64,000 bases of DNA from Octopus sinensis. Its lineage: Eukaryota. Location of the stretch: NCBI RefSeq assembly GCF_006345805.1, contig NC_043011.1:17682464-17746463 (forward strand), read 5' to 3'. Below are positions 34,871 to 48,699 of this stretch, piece by piece (position 1 is the stretch's first letter; the number at the start of each line of letters is the position of its first letter). Position numbers and translations under genes: made by a program. Under the pieces are notes generated by a model. The model worked only from the letters and a program-made list of their open reading frames with translations. It was not told the DNA's origin and searched no databases.

Positions 34871-35181
34871 TCACCGTGATCACCGTGACCGACCAGACTA
34901 TCAGATGTTGTTACACATCGCTGGTCACAATGCGCTTCGCATTGTTTTAGCCTTCAAAAGGACACCACCCCACTGGCTAAGCGAGCAGGCCAACAGAAGA
35001 AAGAGTGAGAGAAAGTTTTGGTGAAAGTGTACAGCGGGGATCACCACCACAGCCTGCCGGAGTCTCGTGGAGCTTTAGGTATTTTCGCTCAATAAACATT
35101 CACAACGCCCGGTCTGGGAATCGAAACCGCGATCCTACAACCGCGGGTACACTGCCCTAACCACTGGGCCATTGCGCCTCC
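34871..35181 (-). mobile_element. tRNA-derived SINE family C, tail type 1
   Basis: The minus strand has A-box TGGCCCAGTGG and B-box-like GGTTTCGATTCC. The first ~165 nt match 59687 onward. TSD ATTTATTATA at 34861-34870 and 35182-35191. Confidence 0.9.
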
Positions 35182-35967
35182 ATTTATTATATATACGCCT
35201 ATTAATCATGTGATATCTTCACCCAACTTCTACCTCGTTACCATGGTACTTGCATCAGTTAAATATCGATCCGCTGCTTTAGTAATGAAACACACTGAAC
35301 ATCCTACTGCACCATGTAACCACTGTATTTAATCTCGCATAATCTCTCCGTTAAATGTTTCGAGACCAGCTATTATTTAAAGACAATACTTGATGGCAAA
35401 TTTTAAGCAATCTGAGAATGCCATGAAAGTGAATATAGCCCTAACGCTTCCTATGCTTCGTTGCATTCCTCACTTGATAAAAGCTGATTTTATCAACACG
35501 CGTTCCCAATTAAAGCTCTTCAAACTGTGTTAAAGCAACACAGAGTGGAAATATTCGTACAATTTCAGGAGCAGATCATTCATCAGCATAAACACACTGA
35601 ATTTTTCTCGCCTAATTAATGATTGTAAGACGTCCACTATAAAAGCAAATGAGTATGTTTATATTACGCAGCACATTGCCGCACATATAGTCGTACACTT
35701 GCCAATCTGAAGAATGTTAAAACAAGTATCCTCATGTAACAGAAGTCTGTTCATCTGATACTTGAATAAAAGGTATCGACCCTTTTTCTCCTCTCCAGAA
35801 TTATCTGAAGAGTTCTAAATTTATTAAAACTATGTAAAAAATTTCATAAATCCTGAATCTTATAAAGAAAGGTAATTTGCTTCAGGAGACTCAAAATTCC
35901 TGCTAAGTTAGAACAAGGGGATATTATATATATAATACAAATAGAAGTTGTAGACTTCTATCCATAG

Positions 35968-36385
35968 AGGCGTAGGAGTGGCTGTGTTGTAAGTAGCTTG
36001 TTTACCAACTACATGGTTCCGGGTTCAGTCCCACTGCGTGGCACCTTGGGCAAGTGTCTTCTACTATAGCCTCGGGCCGACCAAAACTTTGTGAGTGGAT
36101 TTGATAGAAAGAAACTGAAAGAAGCCCGTCGTATATATGTATATATATATATATGTATGTATGTGTATGTATATGTCTGTGTGTCTGCGTTTGCCCCCCC
36201 CCCCCAACATCGGTTGACAACCGATGCTGTGTGTTTACGTCCCCGTAACTTAGCAGTTCGGCAAAAGAGACCGGTAGAGTAAGTACTAGGCTTACAAAGA
36301 ATAAGTCCTAGGGGTGATTTGCTCGACTAAAGGCGGTGCTCCAGCATGGCCACAATCACATGACTGAAACAATGTAAAAAATAAA
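35968..36385 (+). mobile_element. SINE family B, full length
   Basis: tRNA-like head, GGCAAGTGTCTTCTACTATAGC core, central TA/TG microsatellite and GGTGCTCCAGCATGGCC tail. Confidence 0.92.
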
Positions 36386-37607
36386 AGTAAGTATAGAGAT
36401 TATCCAAGAAATTAGCAAGCACTAAATTCCTCCAGACGTACGCTCAATTTAAAAAGCCCCATAGAAATTTTATAGACTGAAACAGATATTGTCTCGAAAG
36501 TGAAATTCAGAAATTGGCCGTGAAGTATCTGCTTCATTCAACATGCTCAGTTAAGTATGTACTGTACATCTGGAAAGATTATGCGATAATCATGTGCAGA
36601 AATAAAATGCATTATTAAAGTTAATTTGTAGTCGATTTTTCTCTACGACTAGATAATTCGGAGATAAGTTTAGGTTGATTCTGTCATTGTTGTTATATAA
36701 AGTATTTCCAGTTTTCGTTTGTGAGATTGGTGATATTAGTCGGGCAAGTCTTGACTGTGATAGTATAGAAAATTATTTTTCCAGTGCTTTGATGTTCAGA
36801 AAGGTACATGAGTAAAGGCCGTATTTTTAGATGTTCATTACTCTATCTATACACAAGCTGATTAGTATATACGGATTTTAAATTTCCTGTTTTGTGAAGG
36901 CAGCGTTTGTTTGGTGTTTATCGATCAAAATTCCTTAAAGCAGAGAGTTACTTGAAATAAATGTGTTAACATGTGACATTAATGACCGAGGTTACCGTGG
37001 TCGTTTCCGTAGGTTTTTCTTTCCATGGATAATCCTTATCTGCTTCCCCCTTTACACTTTACATCATGACATTTCTGTGATACACGATCCCTATTCATCG
37101 TTTCTGCTCTTCTTTTTTTCTTTTCTTTTTCTTTTTTGTCCTTTCTACGATCCCTTTTGATCGAAAACCTACCTCACTTTTTTTATCCCTAAAAAGAAAA
37201 GCTCTACTTTGTAATTTGTCCCATCTGTGCCCAGCCCTGATTGGCTAATAAAGAAACATATATATATATACAAAAATCTACCTGACATATCTATGTATAC
37301 ATACATGAATACATACATACATACATACATACATACATACATACATACACGCGCACGCACACATATAATCCCAATAAGAAGACAACGAAATACTTTAACA
37401 CATATTTACTTGTTTGTTACAATCATTTCTGTACCAACTCTGTTTACAAATCCAGTATGCATATATGTTCAAAATGAAAACGTTCGTAATATTTGCGATT
37501 TTAGATGTCAGAGTGGCGCTTCTCTAAACCCGTATCCCCGCTGTGTTCTTACATTATACATCCTTATATTCAACGAGGTATCAATGTAAATTTTCTTCAT
37601 CTTGTAG

Positions 37608-37717
37608 GAAATGCATTTCAGCTCTCGGCAGGGTATATATTCGAAAATATAGCTCTGGGCTGTCAACAGTGTCGGAATCCAGACAGATGCCGTCTTGGAA
37701 CTAGTATTTTCTATACA
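37608..37717 (+). CDS. Candidate internal exon, unknown product
   Basis: TTTTCTTCATCTTGTAG|G acceptor and ACA|GTATGT donor enclose the open frame (G)NAFQLSAGYIFENIALGCQQCRNPDRCRLGTSIFYT. Confidence 0.22.
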
Positions 37718-38431
37718 GTATGTATATATATATATGTTATGACTGCCCCTCGTTATCGAGTATGGCCATTGCACGAAGCTTAAATATTACTGTGGTGCTG
37801 TGATCGAATGTGACTTTTTAGCCCAGCTAAAGATCTACAATGTCTTGTACAGAATTGACTACTAAAACCTTTACCGGTAATAGCCGGCTGTTGTTGTAAC
37901 TGGGCTTCATGTACCTTTGCATGTCGTTTAATTCATCCTGCCGAATTACATTTTCTTCCACATGCTCGACAGATATGATTAGTATGGTGTGTTACACCAC
38001 CACCAGTGGCCAGGTTGTCACTCATCTGTCTCGCTTTATGACTACGCGAGATGACTCTTGAGTCCAGCTTTACTGAGGCAGGGTCTTGCACAGACATTGC
38101 ATGTGAACATAGAGACAAACACACGCATAATTATTTGTGGATCAACAAGGCTTCCAACCGTTTCATGTAGAGATAAATCTCTTAACAATTATATCAACAT
38201 GGAGACGAATACGATCGTTACAATATAGCAGCTTTGATAATTGCTGTGATGTCATTTTATATGAAAACGTTGGTAGCTTTGTTAACCTGCAAAGAAAGAA
38301 TACTAATTCACCAATGCAGTTTTGAGCACACATTCTACTGTTCGTCATTACAGTATGTATGTATGTATGTGTATGTATGTATGTATGTATGTATGTATGT
38401 ATGTATGTATGTATGTATCTATCTATCTATC

Positions 38432-38466
<35 letters not shown>

Positions 38467-38485
38467 CTACCTATCTATCTATTTA

Positions 38486-38566
<81 letters not shown>

Positions 38567-38573
38567 TTTATAT

Positions 38574-38604
<31 letters not shown>

Positions 38605-38666
38605 CACACACATAAATACTTACATAATGTACAACATGCGTTTGTATATATATATATATGTATATG

Positions 38667-38750
<84 letters not shown>

Positions 38751-40140
38751 CATACATAAGATACTCTCACACACACGCGCATATACATTATGTATATTTT
38801 GATATTCCTATGTATACATGCCGCGCACATATAATTTTGTATGCTGTATATGAACGTATGCGAACAATTTTATCAATTGCTTTGAATTGAAATTTTCGTT
38901 GACCAAAGTGTACATTCTTAATTTATGTTATTATCGTATACCGCATCATTACAATGCAGTTATTTGGTAATCTAATGAAAAAAAAAGACATTTCTACGTT
39001 AAAATCACGTAAACAATGATTCTAATTATTCTAAAGCAGAAACTTCAAAAACTTTGTGAATTTTAAAATGAAACATTTCATATCACATTTATGCATAACA
39101 ATTTTTGCTACAGTAAATCTATTGTTATGGGTTGATGCCACCTGAACTTGTTTTGTTTTCTTCCCTGTAACTGTTACTTTCTGTAAATGTCTCAATATAT
39201 GAAGAGAATACAAAACTTAATATACGACTTTTGATACCACTAATGTTTTCTTTATGTTTTCCACATCCTTGGTTAAATATAAAGGCCTTTATAGGATTGG
39301 AATTTCAGTTATAATGTCTTTTGTTTATTATTCCTTTGTAGCGACAGCTTTTCATTGTGCATGTTTATAATTTTCTTTTATAATCTTCTCTCATTCGAGT
39401 TGGAAACTTATGCTTTTAAACGACTGCATAACGATGATTGTAGACTGCTACTTACAGCTAAACTTTTAAATGTTACCTCCCCTTTCCTTGGTTCTATTAT
39501 TTTTTGAAGAAAGGATTTAAGACGATTAATTCCTCGTTTGATATGAAAATCTTTATACTTTTTTCTCTTCGTAAAAAGGAATTATTACAATGAATAAATT
39601 TATCCATGTAAACTGGAATGAAATGTACGTTTGTTAGTTGTGTAATATACTGAATGAGTGATATAAAAATCAAAATGATATAAAATAATATAAAATACAA
39701 TCGTGTATTTGGAAACGAAAGAAGAAAGCTTTATTTGTTTTCATAAATCCCTATCTTGTTTTGCTATCAAATGAGGGATAAGAAATACAAACTTCAAGTG
39801 TTCGTATCAAGTGCAGCAATATGCTCCCTGTACCGAAAGCAACCAACTATTGTGGACCTAGGGAGAGAAACGAAGAAACACATATTTTAAAATTTTATGT
39901 TGTTAGTAGAAATGGCGGAACATAATAGTTAATTCCATGTCCGTACATCGTCTGTACTAACTTAGCAGTTCAACTCGACATACTATTATTTCTATGTCGT
40001 TAGACACCTTTTTCCATAATTGTGAAGATTCACAGACATAGTATGATTAGGGCATCTTGTGCATAAATCCTCAGATTTTTAAATAAGCCTCATTTTGTTC
40101 TTTTATGAGCCCAGGTGAGTGGCTATAATTTCCTGCATAA

Positions 40141-40361
40141 AATATTGGTTTCAAAATTTGACAAAAGGTCAGTAATGTCGAGAAAGGGCGTAAGTCGATT
40201 ATATCGACCGCAGTTGTCAGCTAGAAATTATTTTATGGACCTGAAAGGATGAAAGGCAAAGTCAACCTCGGCAGATTTTGAAATCAGAATGTAAAGTGGC
40301 GGAGAAAATGTCGCTAAGCATTTTTCCCAGTTTGCTTACGATTTTAACAGCACATCGCCTT
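40141..40361 (-). mobile_element. SINE family A' copy
   Basis: The reverse complement has AGGCGATGTGCTG...AAATGCTTAGCGAC...GCCGAGGTTGACTTTGCCTTTCATCCTTTC...GGTCGATATAATCGACTTA. Confidence 0.85.
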
Positions 40362-40654
40362 ATTTCCTGCATAAAATATAAATCTATACTAGATGATGTG
40401 TCATACATGAAATCAACCATGATGCATTACCTAATATCGGGTGATTAAGCATTGACATAAATATAAAACTTATTACGAGATTTCGACATTGCTGATATTT
40501 TCATAGTATTTCGCCATATTCGTCATTAGAAATTTATGTCATTACAAGATCCATTACAGGATTGAATTTCACCAAGAGGCCATGGGAAGATCATTAGTTT
40601 GAGTTTTTTTTTTTCACAAATATGCATAATACAAGCGAAATATAAGACGGAAAA

Positions 40655-40830
40655 GTGCTCGGCGGTATTTCGTCTTTACGTTCTGAGTTCAAATTTCGCC
40701 GAGTTCAATTTTGCCCTCCATTCTTTCGGAGTCGATAAAATAAATACCAGTTGATCACTGTGATCGATGTAATCAATTTATCTCCTTTCTCGAACTTGCT
40801 GGCCTAATGCCAAAATATGAAATCAATATA
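40655..40830 (+). mobile_element. SINE family A' copy, headless
   Basis: GGCGGTATTTCGTCTTTACGTTCTGAGTTCAAATTTCGCCGAG...TTTCGGAGTCGATAAAATAAATACCAG...GCTGGCCT.ATGCCAAAA. Confidence 0.8.
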
Positions 40831-43769
40831 AACGAAATGTAAAAAAATAAAACACTAGAAGCCGGACTGATAAATCTGGCCAAAGCATGACTATGAACAA
40901 TGATAACTATCACCTTTTCTTATTGTTGATTTCTAGTATTCGTCATGTATTTATTACGTTGTCCATTAGACAATGTAAAAATGAGTAATGGGCTGGTACT
41001 TTCCTGGATTAACTCCCTTTCGGATGGAAGATTCAAATAAGTTGGAGTTAGAACCAAACACTGCAAGATATATTTGATGCTTCAATATTTCCCCTTACTT
41101 ACGATCACGTATTTTTGTAAGTATGATACATAAAGTAAGAGAAATGCATAAGGCATCACATTTATGCAAGCGTGAGTTATTTGTTCCTTATAGGACTGCA
41201 TTTCTACTGGAAAGATTCGAATGAATTGTTATTAGGAGATTATAGACATTTAGAAATAATGTTGTTGAATTAGTGAAGTTCTTCAAATCAGTTTAAATGT
41301 CAGAAAGAATTTAGGGGGTTAAAGATATTTTTTTACACTGCATAGGAATATTTGTTGCTGGTACTGAACGGTACGAAGCGCTGAAGAAGATATAAATCCA
41401 AGGAAGGTATATAAAAATTATGAAATTATTCGTCGCATTGTTCTGCTGATCCTCGTTAATGGATTTCTTTCTCCTCGCGACGTAAGTGTCATAAATTCAA
41501 AAAGAGAAATGAAAGATTTTTTTTTCTTTATGTTATTACAAAGAACACGACTTCTGTGACCACCATTCACATAGCTATGTAATTTTGATATAAATGTTTA
41601 CTTAACCGATAACGTATTGTATCAAACCTCTGAATGTTTTGTGACGAAAGTGTTCTGTTTGCTAAAACCTAATCAGCTCTGGTTGAGTAGATGAATGACC
41701 TAGTTCTTTACAAGCACGAGCATCTTGTTTTGTTTTAAAGAAGAGTACTTTTAAGGTTATACAATATAATGTAACCTTCTAATTTCCAAGGGATTAGAGT
41801 TTTACGTAAGCAACACTTCAGTATTGTTTCTTTCAGTTTAACCGATGACGCACTTACTCCGTCATTGGCTAATCAATCGTTGATTAGGTCTTTTCGATCT
41901 TTCTCTCAGGGAACCAGATGCTGTTTCTTTCTGTAAGCAATATTATGTATAATAAATTATCAGAAACACAACTGAATGCATGCATTGAATTCCAGCTCTT
42001 ATGCTCTGTGCCTGTTGTCTATTAAATAAACCACTCAACCATGTTAACTCTACGGCATTTACATATATTCATTTACACTTTGATTAATTCACGTGACACA
42101 TTCATTACTTCGACCCAACGTAATGTATTCGTACAAAGTTAAACCTTCGAAATCACCCAGTTGTATATTGCTTATTAACGAGCAACGTGGTCATATACTT
42201 TAGAAACGTAAAATGCTCAACAGCACATGCATAATCAAAGATTCATAGTAAACAGCATGTAACATATTGTTAACCAGAACATTTTTCATCAAGCTGTTAC
42301 TCGTTGATGCTATTATTTATATGAAGCTCCACCCGTAAAGGATTAAATGAAATATCTGTAAGAGCCAAATCCCAATTCAATACTTCCCATTCTACCATTA
42401 TGGGTAGTAAGAAAGAGAGGTTACATGTCCGTAATCTCTTAATCATGCATTTTGTACTATTGTCATTACTACTTGCTGAGATCAAAGCAACGTGAATCGG
42501 GTTTAATACTAAATGGACATCGCAATTTAAACCTGATATATCTATAATGTTATAAGGACTTAACTTAGACCATGATTAATTGATCATTGAAAACGGAATA
42601 CTTTCCCTTGATTAAATGTTTATAATTTTCTCTCCTCATCCAATGCGTAGCACTATGCAGTTCATTTAATGCTTTTTCTGACAACCATCAACTCAAACCG
42701 ATAACAGCATTACTTTCGCACGATACAGGGAGCGTTTTATGACATTTATTCATGGCATTTCCGCCGAAGTAATTTTATATTATGCTTCTTGCTATTGTAG
42801 ATCCAATTCAACAAGGGGATTGAACGGCAATTATCAATAATGCCTCGTTAGGTTTCTTTGCTTGTTACAAATTTGTCGCTTTGAATATAATTTAATGAAA
42901 TTGTATATTTGATCTTTGTAACTACTGTCCATGTTTTGTAGGACTCGATTTAAGCACAGCCAAAGATTTCGCCACCACTTTCAGCGTCGCTGCCATCGCA
43001 CTTCCTAAAGCAAACCGGCAGTGCGCTGCCTGCTATAAATCCTTCATATTATGATGTTGAATGCAGTAACTTTACAAGTCCAATTATATTCCACATTTAC
43101 TAACTGCTCATTGATTCCTCCAAACGCACTCGTTCATGCATATACACACTCTGATACACGCAAAGACACGTGCGCACACTTTTAAATACATTAATGATTT
43201 GATACTAATATATCGAATCATAATATAAGTAAAGGCAGCACAGTTCTTAATGTAACATTTCTCTTTTAATGTCTGAAGCACAAAACGAAAATCTATAGAG
43301 AGAAATATGTAGATTAATCGAGCTATGTATATCAATTGAACTTATTGAAAACGAACGGGAATTTCTATTCGATTGTTCATTGTGCTAGAAATAACATCAA
43401 TATACCCTTAAATTACACCCTATTGCCTTATGAAAAGATGGCTTTATTGGATTAAGTGTTTCTCGATATATAGAGACAGGCTATGTTTAAATGCTTGCTC
43501 GGCTGAACTGATTTATGAAGATAAATTATAAGAACTTATACTTATATCTACACGTCAACGGGTAGCGTCTACATTAGAGGTAGAGAAAGATTTAGTTTCT
43601 GTAATCCTGAAACAACCTGTGAAAGCGCAGCAGTGTTCAATCATGAATCTCAAAGATTATAAATTTATTACTAATCAACTCTCTATTCCTTTGAGGTTAA
43701 AGTTTATTTTTATGATATAACAGGTGAGTCATATTCAGCGACCGTTTTTATATATCAGCCGCTGTCGAA

Positions 43770-44658
43770 GGGATGGTTGAGAGCTGTACAGAGTTTCTAT
43801 AGTAGGGTGTGCGTCAGGGTGAGTAGTGAAGTAACTGAATGGTCTGATGCGACGGTGAGGTTAAGACAGGGTTGTGTGATGTTCCGTGGCTGTTTAATTT
43901 ATATATGGATGGTTTATTGAGAGAGGTAAATGCTAGAACTTTTGGTAGGGAGCCCAAGTGGTGGAAGAAAATGGAGAGAAATTGCAGGTGAGTCAGTTGT
44001 TGTTTGCTGATGATACAGTAATTTATGGCAGATTCGGAAGAGCAACTGAGGTAGAGTTTAGAAGAATGAGTGAGTGGAGGAAACTGAAAGTAAATGTAGC
44101 TAAGAGTAAGGCGATGAATGTTTCGAGAGATGGAATTGCTGATAGGGTGAATGTGAGTGTAACTGGTGAGATATTAGAGGAGGTGATTTAAAGTATCTGC
44201 GATCACACGTGGCGGAGGATGGGTGATTGGCTGAGGAGGTGCGATATAGCGTGATGGAGGGGTGTAAGATTCCTGGAATTGTGAAAGCTATGCTGAGAGA
44301 TAAATGGTTAAAGCGAAAAGAGGTGTGTATGAGGGCGTGAGTGTGCGTGAGTCTGAGAGAGGCGGAAAGGAGGCGACTAGATGTGTTTGAGATGAAATGT
44401 TTGAGGGCACTATGGTTGGTGTGACACGGATAGACAGGGTGAGGAATGAGGAGGTGCAAAGGTGAGCAGGAATGAGAGAAAATCTATGTACTAGAATGGA
44501 TAGACAAATGTTGTGGTGGTATGGCCATATGGATAGGATGGAGGAATAGCGGATGGTAAGGAGTATGTTAACAGCAGAAGTGATAGGCACCAGAATCAGA
44601 GGCAGACCTCAGTTTGTGTGGATGGACGGAGTGAGAAAAGTTTTGGTGGCTAGAGTTG

Positions 44659-44660
<2 letters not shown>
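43770..44660 (+). mobile_element. RTE-clade LINE 3' fragment (RT), decayed
   Basis: Frame pieces read LRAVQSFY, LRQGCVM.PWLFNLYMDG, QLLFADDTV, KLKVNVAKSK, RLDVFEMKCLR...RVRNEEV, WWYGHMDRM and RGRP..WMDGV. Several frameshifts and stops. Ends at a (GA)n tract. Confidence 0.88.
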
Positions 44661-44739
<79 letters not shown>

Positions 44740-46365
44740 AAGTTTATTAACGATAGGAATGCTTGGTGAGTGTTTGTGAAGCGATGAGTTAATTGATATA
44801 GCTCAAAGGGGCACGGTGCCATATGATGCGGCGAGGGTACACCAGCATATGCTGTTGGGACCTGATGCTGATATCGGGGGTTGTTTTGTATGCCTTGACA
44901 CGATGGGGCTCGCCTCTTTGTGCTGGTAAATGAATGGAATGCACGGTGTGTGTTTTGTTGTGGATACTCCCTCCTATGGGGAATAGGCCTTGGTAAATAA
45001 AAAAAAATACTTGCGTGGAGACGATTATATTTTGGAATTTGTTCGATCGGACCAACCCACCCAGACAGTACACTTTTGATGTACCTCGATAATACGATAA
45101 GCAATGCTGACATCGATGGTAAGTGAATATAGAATTTTAAAAAACCGGAATATACAACAGATATAAAACTAGGCTCCTTCTCTGGCACCCGAAACATTCT
45201 ATCATTTCATTAAAATACTTTAATAACATTAAGAATTCAGTTCGTGAAATCGCTGCCTCTGCTAAATCACTGCTCATACATGAACAAAGATTATTATGCT
45301 GGATGCCAAAAACTAGAGTATCATATATTTTCTAACAGGTAGACCTCTTGATCTGATACATCACATTTCCAAAACTAACCAATCGTGCTGTTCTCTTTGG
45401 TGAATTTTAAATTATAATGAAATGGAAGTTTTTTCAAAAAGTTCTAACAACCACATCAAAACTATTGTATTATATTCAAATCTATATCGTTCATCAACTT
45501 AATGATTAGATGTGAATTAATTTCATCAGTATGATAAAGAAGGAATTTTCAATAGGTTAGGACGGCATTCTATTGGCAGTGAACATTCAATAGTGAACAT
45601 TATATAATTTGTATAGAAGTAAATAAAATTCTATAGGAATAAGAATGGATGAAAGAAACAACAACAAACGAATGAATACGCTCTATTTCAAAGTTTGATA
45701 TCTTCATTAAACATCTGTCCTGTATTCCTATGTACAGAGTTGATTACGTGCAGAATACAGGAAAACAAATTTAAATATAAACTTCAATGAATTTAGAATT
45801 TAGATATTTCATTTCAAGTATGAACAGATCAATTCAGAGCTACGTTTATTGTGTAGATTTCTTTCCAATTCAAACATACGATTGTTTTCTCTAATTCAGC
45901 ACATTATGTACGACATACGAAACTCCTTAACAGATAAATATCCATTAAAAGAAACCGTATACATACCTAAATCAAAATGACTTCTTCATAATCCAATAGG
46001 CACACACACACGTACAACATTGATTTTCCTGTCCTAGTTGCACTTAGATTGGAGGAACAACTTGGCGGTAATTACCAATTACTATTGCATTGTCAGTAAA
46101 ACATATCCCCCGCCCGTCCAAGCAACGGCAGTTTTGATGTTCCATAACTACTAATAATTATATTAAATATCCTAGAAGTTGACTAGCCAATATATTTCCG
46201 TGAAATATTCAGTTACTGAGTTCAAATTCTACTTAGATTATTTTCATCATTAAGGCATTTATGAGATATTTTCTATCTATCTGTCTGTCTCTGTCCTTCT
46301 GTTTCTCTCTGCCTATATACTTACCCCTCCCTCTCTCTCTCTTTCTTCTCTCTCTGTATAAATAT

Positions 46366-46449
<84 letters not shown>

Positions 46450-46583
46450 ATATTCAGATGAATATGGTACTTAAGTTCAGGCACCAGAATTTAGTGCGGT
46501 ATTATCCATACAATTTCAAAATAAGGTGATTAAAATAAAAATAATCAAAATATTCCACAAGGATATCCTTGTTGCTTATTTTG

Positions 46584-46629
<46 letters not shown>

Positions 46630-46743
46630 GACAAGTAAAAAAGGTTATTACTTTTATGCTTGGTGTGCATTTTATTTGTTTCTTTTTATTTTTCCCTAAT
46701 TATACCACGCGTATTCTTTTTTTCTTTGAATCCTTTTTCTAAC

Positions 46744-46809
<66 letters not shown>

Positions 46810-46812
<3 letters not shown>

Positions 46813-46933
46813 GGTGGTATGAAAAGTTTTGAGCCTTCAAGGCATTTGATCGTTGAAGTCTTTCACCTTCATCAGAAGTCTTGTGCCATGTTTCGTTCTT
46901 TTGAAGCTCAAGACTTTTCATACACCACTCGTG
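46810..46933. mobile_element. 124-bp Tc1/mariner-type MITE with TA flanks
   Basis: Left end CACGGTGGTATGAAAAGTTTTGAGCCTTCAA and reverse complement of the right end CACGAGTGGTGTATGAAAAGTCTTGAGCTTCAA. TA at 46808-46809 and 46934-46935. Confidence 0.82.
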
Positions 46934-47122
46934 TACATATATATATATGTATATATGGACGTGTGTGTGTGTGTGTGTGTGTCTATGTGTTTGCGAATGT
47001 ATGTATATATGTATATATACGATTATATAAAATTTAACAAAATCACAACAAACACCATAATTTGTAGCCAATTTCTCGAGAATCAACGTCCAAACTATCC
47101 TTAAAATTTTGAGCCTAAAAGG

Positions 47123-47160
<38 letters not shown>

Positions 47161-48058
47161 CAGAGAGAGACAGAAAGAGATAGAGAGTAAAAGGCAGTCA
47201 GAAATTTGAATAATTCTTTAATAGCGCTTTCCTTCATTTATCGAACTCATCACGACGAAATCAAAATTAAAATGGTGGAAAGAGAACGTTTTGCTGTTCA
47301 TTCCTATGAATCGGATGCTATTTTGCTTTGTTTGGAAGAGGAGAATATAGTTGTTGTTTTCTGTGTAAAGCGGGGAGAGAGAGAGAGGACGAAAAGCAAA
47401 GTAGGGCAAATAGAAAGAGGAGAAAAATAATAAAGGATGGGGAAAGTTTCAAAGCGCAACCATTGGAAATTTGAGTAAGAGATCAGTTGGAGAAAGTCAA
47501 TTGTTATATACAGGAGTGTTTTGCGATTGGTCGAGAAAGGTCACGCGGTGTAACAGTTTGATATTGGTATTTCATCGACAACAATTAATCGGAACAAATA
47601 ACATAGTGAACAGGAAATCGACCCAGTGGTGGGCAGAAAATCGGTTGTGGGTTTGGAAGGGAAGTAGGAAGGGGCAGCGTGATGTGTAGATATATAGATA
47701 ACTAGATAGATACATTGACAGATAGATAGATAAATAGATAGATAAATCCTACAAGCGGAATTTCGCAAGATTGCAGTGAGCTGGCATCTAGTAACATGCG
47801 GTGGAGGAAAGTTCAAAATCTTTCCTGTTTACAAAATTTCAAGAGGTGACCCAAAATTCCGAAAACCAATGTGGCTACACTTCATCAAAAATTTTCTTCA
47901 AAAATTAAATGTTCGAAAAAGAAGGAAAGCAATTTCATTTTTAGAATTAAATTTTTAATAGTAATGATACAGGCTGGCGAGAAACCGTTTATATTACACT
48001 CTTACTCTTGTTTTTGAATGTGTTTCCAGTGTTAATCTGATACGCATCTAAATAAATA

Positions 48059-48130
<72 letters not shown>

Positions 48131-48177
48131 TATGTATACATACATATATCTATATCTATCTATCTATCTATCTATAT

Positions 48178-48211
<34 letters not shown>

Positions 48212-48375
48212 GTGACGTATATTTGCCATTTGAATATGGCTAACCCCTAAGGGTGAATGCTACTGTAGTTTGTAGCCCCAGGAGGACACCTCCTCCATCT
48301 GGCTATAGACACACTTTCTGTGCCCTATCAGTATTCGCAAAGGAAAGCCATCCTTCCCGTCTTCAACTTATGATA

Positions 48376-48420
48376 CACACGGACTCGAGTTTCAGGGTAT
48401 TGACCCGTCATCGGCGTGTG
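48376..48420 (-). ncRNA. Minimal type-I hammerhead ribozyme motif (PLE-type), one core substitution
   Basis: The minus strand reads CACACG-CCGAUGA-C-GGGU-CAAU-ACCC-U-GAA-AC-UCGA-GU-C-CGUGUG. Stem I has 6 bp, stem II 4 bp, and stem III 2 bp with a palindromic UCGA loop. It has a GUC cleavage triplet and C instead of U at core position 4. Confidence 0.8.
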
Positions 48421-48470
48421 ACAATCATAGTAGTCGATGAGAAGTTGGTTCCCTTCACAAATACATATAA

Positions 48471-48519
<49 letters not shown>

Positions 48520-48699
48520 TAGAGATAGTAGTCCCCTTCATCCCATCTTATAAAAGTATTTTAATTTAATTTAATACTTACTACTCATTTCTGTGAAATT
48601 TGGTTGGATATTCCCTGCACCTCTCTGTGTGTATTCATTTAGATGAATTTGTAATTTCGGGAAACGGAAGTGCTGTTTATGTAGAGTGGTTCTTCGTCT

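Noticed and set aside
37933-38124. ORF ending HICRACGRKCNS as an RTE C-terminal zinc finger
   Set aside because: Only one CxxC-like motif is present and no upstream RT similarity was seen, which is insufficient.
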